This document shows, one piece after another, positions 22,850 to 24,151 of a stretch of DNA of 24,151 nt. Each line of letters opens with the position of its first letter. Within the stretch, counting starts at the first letter, position 1. The stretch is from a virus (taxonomy: Duplodnaviria; Caudoviricetes): IMG/VR virus record IMGVR_UViG_3300032295_003399, positions 1 through 24,151 of that record; one strand, 5' to 3'. Below the pieces are notes generated by a model that saw only the letters and a list, made by a program, of their open reading frames with translations, was not told the origin of the DNA and searched no databases. Both the position numbers and the translations under genes were made by a program.

Positions 22850-23596
22850 TCAAGCAAATAAACCCATTGCCTCTTCAACAGTAATAGCTCTAGTTTCCAG
22901 GGGGGAGGGTGCTTGCGTTGATGCATTGCGACGTGCTAAAGCAGTTTGTAAAGCACCTGCAATCAAAGTATCCTTCAAAGATTTTTCTCCTCCTAAAAGT
23001 GCAGCTAATAACTCATCATTCCTTTGCTCATTTTGTTGCCTACTATCTCCAGGGAGCTGGGGAGCCTGAGGGATTGCCCCCAATACATTTACATCCCCTG
23101 CTTCAGGACGATCAATATTACCGTGACCAACACGTGCAATGACACGTCCACTTGGATCCAGTGACTCAGAGAAGTATCCATAACCTCCGCCGGAACCTCG
23201 TCTTACTTTCCCTCCAGCAACAGCAGGTATGTAGATAGATGCATCTTCTACTGCACCTTTATCAAATCTGCTTTTTCCTTTAAAAGGTAAGTAGTAGTCA
23301 AATGATTGCCACCCGGCATGTTGACTGTGCCCATGTGCAGCAGCGGCTTTTTCTAATAGATCTACTTTTTCAGATAATTCTGCATTCGGATTCCAGCGTC
23401 TGCCAGAAACTGCAGGATTAGAAAATTCAATTTCTCTGCCAATAGCTTGTTTTTGCCTAGCCAAGGCATCAAACATCTTTACCCTTTCGGCAACAGGCAA
23501 AGAAGATAAAAGTTTTAAGTCAACATGATAAGGAGTCCCTCTGCCACCTTTTCCTTGTGGGGCAGTAAATCCAGATCTTTCTGTATAATACGACAT
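22850..23596 (-). CDS. M23-peptidase-like protein, probably virion-associated
   Basis: H.....FDYYLP...ASIYIPAVAGGKV..GSGGGYGY.......ARVGHG parallels the LytM strand order. TAGAAT at 23612-23617. Confidence 0.55.
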   Translation of the reverse strand: MSYYTERSGFTAPQGKGGRGTPYHVDLKLLSSLPVAERVKMFDALARQKQAIGREIEFSNPAVSGRRWNPNAELSEKVDLLEKAAAAHGHSQHAGWQSFDYYLPFKGKSRFDKGAVEDASIYIPAVAGGKVRRGSGGGYGYFSESLDPSGRVIARVGHGNIDRPEAGDVNVLGAIPQAPQLPGDSRQQNEQRNDELLAALLGGEKSLKDTLIAGALQTALARRNASTQAPSPLETRAITVEEAMGLFA

Positions 23597-23622
23597 TATT
23601 GTTTTCTTTTTATTCTAAAACT

Positions 23623-23646
23623 AAAAACCCCTGGTTTCCCAGGGGC
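23623..23646 (-). terminator. Rho-independent terminator
   Basis: Minus strand GCCCCTGG-GAAA-CCAGGGGT followed by TTTT: GC-rich stem with GNRA loop, 17 nt after the stop at 23663. Confidence 0.9.
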
Positions 23647-23662
23647 TGTAAGGAGATGTAGT

Positions 23663-24094
23663 TTAGATGCGGATCAGATCAGCGGCAAAAACGGAGTCCC
23701 AATCAACTCGACGAATTTGACGCAACTGGTCGAGATTACTGAATCTTTCACCGGAAAGTGACAGTTGTAAATCTTTAATCTCTCGAGCAGTCTTTAATCC
23801 AATTCCTTTGATATGATCTGCAATCATCTGTGCCGTAGCACCGTTGATATTGAGACGCGTATCAGGAGGAAAGTTGCGAGGTTCTTCGTTAGCTGCCTTG
23901 TCTTTTACCTGAAGAGTTTTTACTTTCTTCGTTGCAGGCTCATCAGGAGAGAGTTCGGTTCGATAAGCGGTATAAAGGCGACCATCTTGATCTTCGACCA
24001 TAAACCAATCGCCGTTATCCCATTCGCTAATGATTCGAACTCTTGCTCCTGTTTTGCGATGACGATGAAGAATCTCTTCAGAGAGAACAGACAT
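23663..24094 (-). CDS. Helix-hairpin-helix (ComEA/HHH_3-like) DNA-binding domain protein
   Basis: RLNINGATAQMIADHIKGIGLKTAREI.......GERFSNLDQLRQI, plus a small beta-rich N-terminal domain. Confidence 0.85.
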   Translation of the reverse strand: MSVLSEEILHRHRKTGARVRIISEWDNGDWFMVEDQDGRLYTAYRTELSPDEPATKKVKTLQVKDKAANEEPRNFPPDTRLNINGATAQMIADHIKGIGLKTAREIKDLQLSLSGERFSNLDQLRQIRRVDWDSVFAADLIRI

Positions 24095-24125
24095 AGGACC
24101 AGAAAATGTATCTGGTCCTAGTTTA
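24094..24125 (-). promoter_or_regulatory. -10 box TAAACT abutting a perfect 10-bp hairpin that reaches the ATG
   Basis: Minus strand TAAAC-TAGGACCAGA-TACATTT-TCTGGTCCTA-TG. Confidence 0.75.
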
Positions 24126-24151
24126 ACCTAATCAGCTAACAGTGCGACCCA

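Noticed and set aside
23663-23900. psbU photosystem II auxiliary gene
   Set aside because: PsbU shares the HhH-like fold, but this ORF has no lumen-targeting signal and has the KGIG hairpin typical of DNA-binding HhH domains.
1162-24121. Numerous short antisense or nested ORFs in the ORF track (e.g. 5535..5909, 7082..7294, 9914..10162, 11808..12125, 14196..14561, 23813..24121)
   Set aside because: They lie within better-supported genes and show no motifs or upstream -10 boxes. The antisense frames in the Thr/Gly repeat are open because of codon composition.
24132-24151. 3' end of an upstream gene (GRTVS-stop), possibly the major capsid protein
   Set aside because: Only five codons are visible, so neither frame nor identity can be supported.
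1-24151. tRNA genes, alternative genetic code, or HIP1 (GCGATCGC) enrichment
   Set aside because: No cloverleaf was seen in the short spacers, genes read through normally with all three stops in use, and I noticed no HIP1 octamers, although this was not an exhaustive count.

Overview
A gene-dense, AT-leaning segment of a tailed dsDNA phage, almost certainly a cyanophage. The evidence is an NblA-like phycobilisome-degradation gene, a cyanobacterial-type dCTP deaminase, a cyanobacterial-type integrase remnant and cyanophage-style tail fibre modules. The window holds lysis genes (small holin-like ORF, GH73+C39 endolysin, GH24 lysozyme), two fibre genes (one with a C-terminal S74 chaperone), a translationally coupled HTH/hypothetical/MTase-like operon followed by dcd, DUF3310, two HNH endonucleases and a Xis-like HTH facing a catalytically dead tyrosine recombinase. 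A minus-strand block of probable virion proteins follows (SWIM-finger, SleB-like, M23-like, HhH). No terminase, portal, capsid, tRNA or CRISPR is recognisable. The main unexplained signals are: (1) nearly every uncoupled gene has a bare TAnnnT -10 box 15-30 nt before its start, and in several genes that box sits in the 5' arm of a hairpin whose 3' arm buries the start codon; (2) an unannotated 38-aa ORF shaped like a signal peptide plus a 7-residue mature peptide, behind the only long structured leader in the window; (3) a 37-aa module shared by the two lysins; (4) an HNH cassette that separates a gene from its apparent original stop codon. All family calls come from motif recognition by eye, with no database searches.
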